Of a DNA stretch of 54,852 bases, positions 52,851 through 54,852 are shown piece by piece. Position numbers and translations under genes: made by a program. The stretch spans positions 1-54,852 of the forward strand of contig JAIRSZ010000002.1 in assembly GCA_031255195.1 (NCBI GenBank). The letters are read 5' to 3'. The notes below the pieces were generated by a model. That model worked only from the letters and a program-made list of their open reading frames with translations. It did not search any database and was not told the DNA's origin. Every line of letters starts with the position of its first letter. The first letter of the stretch is position 1. The stretch is from Prevotellaceae bacterium (GTDB taxonomy: Bacteria > Bacteroidota > Bacteroidia > Bacteroidales > UBA932).

Positions 52851-54224
52851 ATGGGCTTTGAAGGAGAATATGCAAGTTATTTACCATTGAAACGAATACG
52901 AGAGAGTGCAAAAGTAAAAGCGCTTGAAGAACGTTTTAGAATAAGGCAAAAAGAAATAAACACGGAAAATAATATCGAAAACAACATTATCTGTAAGTCT
53001 GACCTTGTTGAAAGTATGCAACAACCCGATTTAGTGCTTGCGATAGACGGCAGTTGTTTGCCTGCAAAAGCAGAAAACGGATTTCCGGGTGCTGAATTTG
53101 GCTACGTTACAATTGCTTCTGTTCTTATTGATTTGAAATTAATTGCCGAATTAGAACAAGAAAAGTTTATTGACCCTAAAAAGTTCAGAGACACCGAAAA
53201 AGCGTCAACAATAGAAAGTATTTTTCCGGGTTGTAATGTTGTATTGGACACCGAGAAAGATGCAAAGTCATCAATGCGACGGGCATTATTTGAGGAATTA
53301 AAGAGTAATGTGATTTTTTCAGACTGCGAAACCTTGCTTGATACATACGAATATCTATTCAAAAAAAAACAGGAACTTTTTGGGAACGAACACAAACCAC
53401 AAAGTCCGATAGAAAGCGTTGATAAAGAAATGACTTACGGTTATGGTGAATATGTTTGCCCACATTCGGGCGAGCCATTATTTTCAACAGATGCTTTGCG
53501 TTTGCACGAATTAATGCACGAACAAGGTGGGGGAAATGGTGAAATGTTTGGACAAATTATGTCAACTCTTGAAAAATTATGGCTTGTACATATTCTTCGT
53601 TCGTTTGAACAAAAAGATTGGCTATCAACATTAAAGCGTGTCGCTTTCATAATGGATGGCGCTTTGGCAGTATTCAGCACTTCTTCGTGGCTTGCAAAAG
53701 TAATTGATTATGAGATAAAACGAATTAATGAAAAGCAAAAGAAAATTAACGAACAAGACCTTTTGATAATTGGGATTGAAAAATCAGGCACTTTTGTCAA
53801 TCATTTTATTGATATTGATACAGCGAGAGATGGCTCAACAGACATATTTCCAAAACAATCGGCTTTACTTTTAGACGATGGTTATATTAAGCGTAACATT
53901 GTGTTTTCAGAAAGTACAAAACCATATGGACAAGACACCTATTTTGGCAGAAAACTCTTTTACAAAACGGCTTCGGGACAAAAACTTGTTCCTGTTGTTG
54001 CTTGTTATAACGACAGACAACAAAACCTAAAAACAGCACAACCCGACCAATTTTCAAGATTGGCAGATGTAATGAATTTACTGGATAGATTAGTCTCAAG
54101 CCGTTATCCCAATGCGATTTCCCCGCTTGTTTCGGCGCACGAAGAATCAGCAATACCGTTACATTTGGGCAAACGTTTTTCGGAAGATATTGCAAGAGAA
54201 ATCAGAGAAAAATCCAACTTATGA
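52851..54224 (+). CDS. NurA-like 5'-3' nuclease domain protein
   Basis: DLVLAIDGSCLP (catalytic Asp, D66), AFIMDGALAVF and LIIGIEKSGTFVNHF match the NurA DGS / DG.L / ..KSG motif series. It starts 11 nt after the upstream stop. Confidence 0.7.
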   Translation: MGFEGEYASYLPLKRIRESAKVKALEERFRIRQKEINTENNIENNIICKSDLVESMQQPDLVLAIDGSCLPAKAENGFPGAEFGYVTIASVLIDLKLIAELEQEKFIDPKKFRDTEKASTIESIFPGCNVVLDTEKDAKSSMRRALFEELKSNVIFSDCETLLDTYEYLFKKKQELFGNEHKPQSPIESVDKEMTYGYGEYVCPHSGEPLFSTDALRLHELMHEQGGGNGEMFGQIMSTLEKLWLVHILRSFEQKDWLSTLKRVAFIMDGALAVFSTSSWLAKVIDYEIKRINEKQKKINEQDLLIIGIEKSGTFVNHFIDIDTARDGSTDIFPKQSALLLDDGYIKRNIVFSESTKPYGQDTYFGRKLFYKTASGQKLVPVVACYNDRQQNLKTAQPDQFSRLADVMNLLDRLVSSRYPNAISPLVSAHEESAIPLHLGKRFSEDIAREIREKSNL

Positions 54225-54852
54225 TAAATACAGAGCAAATATTAAAAGGACATAATACCGCAGAAGCACGATGGGCGCGTTTCGGACCCTATTATGCGAT
54301 GTTTCCTGTTGATTTCGCTTTTGAGGTGGTTGAAAAATACTCAAAAAAAGGTGATTACATAATAGACCCTTTCGCCGGTAGATGTAGCAGTATTTATGCA
54401 GGCGGAGTTTTGGGGCGTAATAGTTTGGGAATAGAAATAAATCCTGTCGGGTGGTTATTTGGAACGGTAAAATTGCAACCGGCGGACAAAGATGATGTAA
54501 TTGACAGATTGCTTGAAATTTACGGAAAACGAAATGAATATGCAGAACAGGCAGAGCAAATGCCTGAATTTTACCGAATTTGTTATTGTGATGAAGTTCT
54601 AAAATTTCTTTTAGTTGCCCGTGAAAATTTAGATTGGAAAAACAATAGTGTTGATGCTACATTGATGTCAATTCTTTTAATTTATCTGCACGCAAAATTG
54701 GGCGAAGGATTATCAAATCAAATGCGTATGACAAAATCAATGGGTATGAATTATTCTGTTCAATGGTGGAAATCGAAAGAAATGAATGTCCCTCCTGAAA
54801 TAAATCCTTGTGAATTTATTCATAAAAAGATAGAATGGCGGTACGAAAAAGG
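54221..54852 (+). CDS. DNA methyltransferase (N6/N4 amino-MTase type), 3' end outside window
   Basis: Not in the ORF track because no stop lies within the window. I translated it by hand as MINTEQILKGHNTAEARWARFGPYYAMFPVDFAFEVVEKYSKKGDYIIDPFAGRCSSIYAGGVLGRNSLGIEINPVGW.... This has an AdoMet motif I (IIDPFAGRCSS, 54359-54391) followed by GR..LGIEINP. It shares an ATGA overlap with the NurA-like gene. Confidence 0.7.
   Translation, partial: MINTEQILKGHNTAEARWARFGPYYAMFPVDFAFEVVEKYSKKGDYIIDPFAGRCSSIYAGGVLGRNSLGIEINPVGWLFGTVKLQPADKDDVIDRLLEIYGKRNEYAEQAEQMPEFYRICYCDEVLKFLLVARENLDWKNNSVDATLMSILLIYLHAKLGEGLSNQMRMTKSMGMNYSVQWWKSKEMNVPPEINPCEFIHKKIEWRYEK

Noticed and set aside
53505-53519. HELMH (HExxH) in the NurA-like protein, considered as a zinc-metalloprotease active site.
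   Set aside because: It is an isolated pentapeptide without the surrounding metzincin or gluzincin context. It is more likely coincidental or a minor metal or structural site, and is kept only as a note in the NurA finding.
49192-54852. The low-GC island interpreted as a prophage or integrative conjugative element.
   Set aside because: No integrase, capsid, tail, portal, relaxase or T4SS-like genes are visible within the window. The content is an IS stump plus the ATPase, nuclease and methylase operon. This cannot be excluded beyond the right edge.

Overview
This 54.9-kb window comes from a GC-rich chromosome, about 53-77% G+C in hand-counted 60-nt lines. It looks like Bacteroidota: TAnnTTTG -7 promoter boxes sit 20-35 nt upstream of many starts, Shine-Dalgarno sequences are absent, and a TonB/SusC-type barrel end and a pyruvoyl arginine decarboxylase are present. 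Positions 4.4-20.5 kb hold a complete dcw cell-division/cell-wall cluster (mraZ-rsmH-ftsL-ftsI-murE-mraY-murD-ftsW-murG-murC-ftsQ-ftsA-ftsZ). Housekeeping genes follow: yqeY-like, Nudix, tsaC/yrdC, an SRP RNA that the ORF track cannot show, a GT2 enzyme, rsmE and a DUF418 membrane protein. Next come a galactose operon (galK, MFS permease, two galM paralogues) and a polyamine pair (deoxyhypusine-synthase-like plus pyruvoyl ArgDC). The remaining core genes are ompA-like, mscS-like, tsaB, cvpA, glgB, a serA-like dehydrogenase, a DEAD-box helicase, hisS, an Omp85-family barrel, a trmH-family methyltransferase, a second GT2 and suhB. Just past suhB (about 49.2 kb) G+C falls abruptly to about 23-45%. 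That island starts with a frameshifted C-terminal stump of an IS30-family transposase. It continues with a tightly coupled, co-directional four-gene operon: a HerA/FtsK-type ATPase, a GIY-YIG + DUF4357 protein, a NurA-like nuclease, and a DNA methyltransferase cut by the window end (gaps of 5 nt and 11 nt, then an ATGA overlap). I consider this the main candidate for an undescribed system: a modification-linked, HerA-NurA-based defence module. Secondary observations are a 10-bp-phased TGGGN-like repeat array upstream of mraZ (putative MraZ operator), a 27-nt motif conserved at two distant loci with shorter copies upstream of mraZ, AT-rich periodic 'TTCAAA/GGATT' spacer arrays in several intergenic regions including inside the dcw cluster, several perfect inverted repeats, a possible homopolymer frameshift at the end of the TonB-type barrel gene, and a truncated Rossmann-fold gene stump in the polyamine locus. 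No CRISPR array, tRNA or rRNA was seen. All homology calls rest on motifs recognised by eye; no searches were run.
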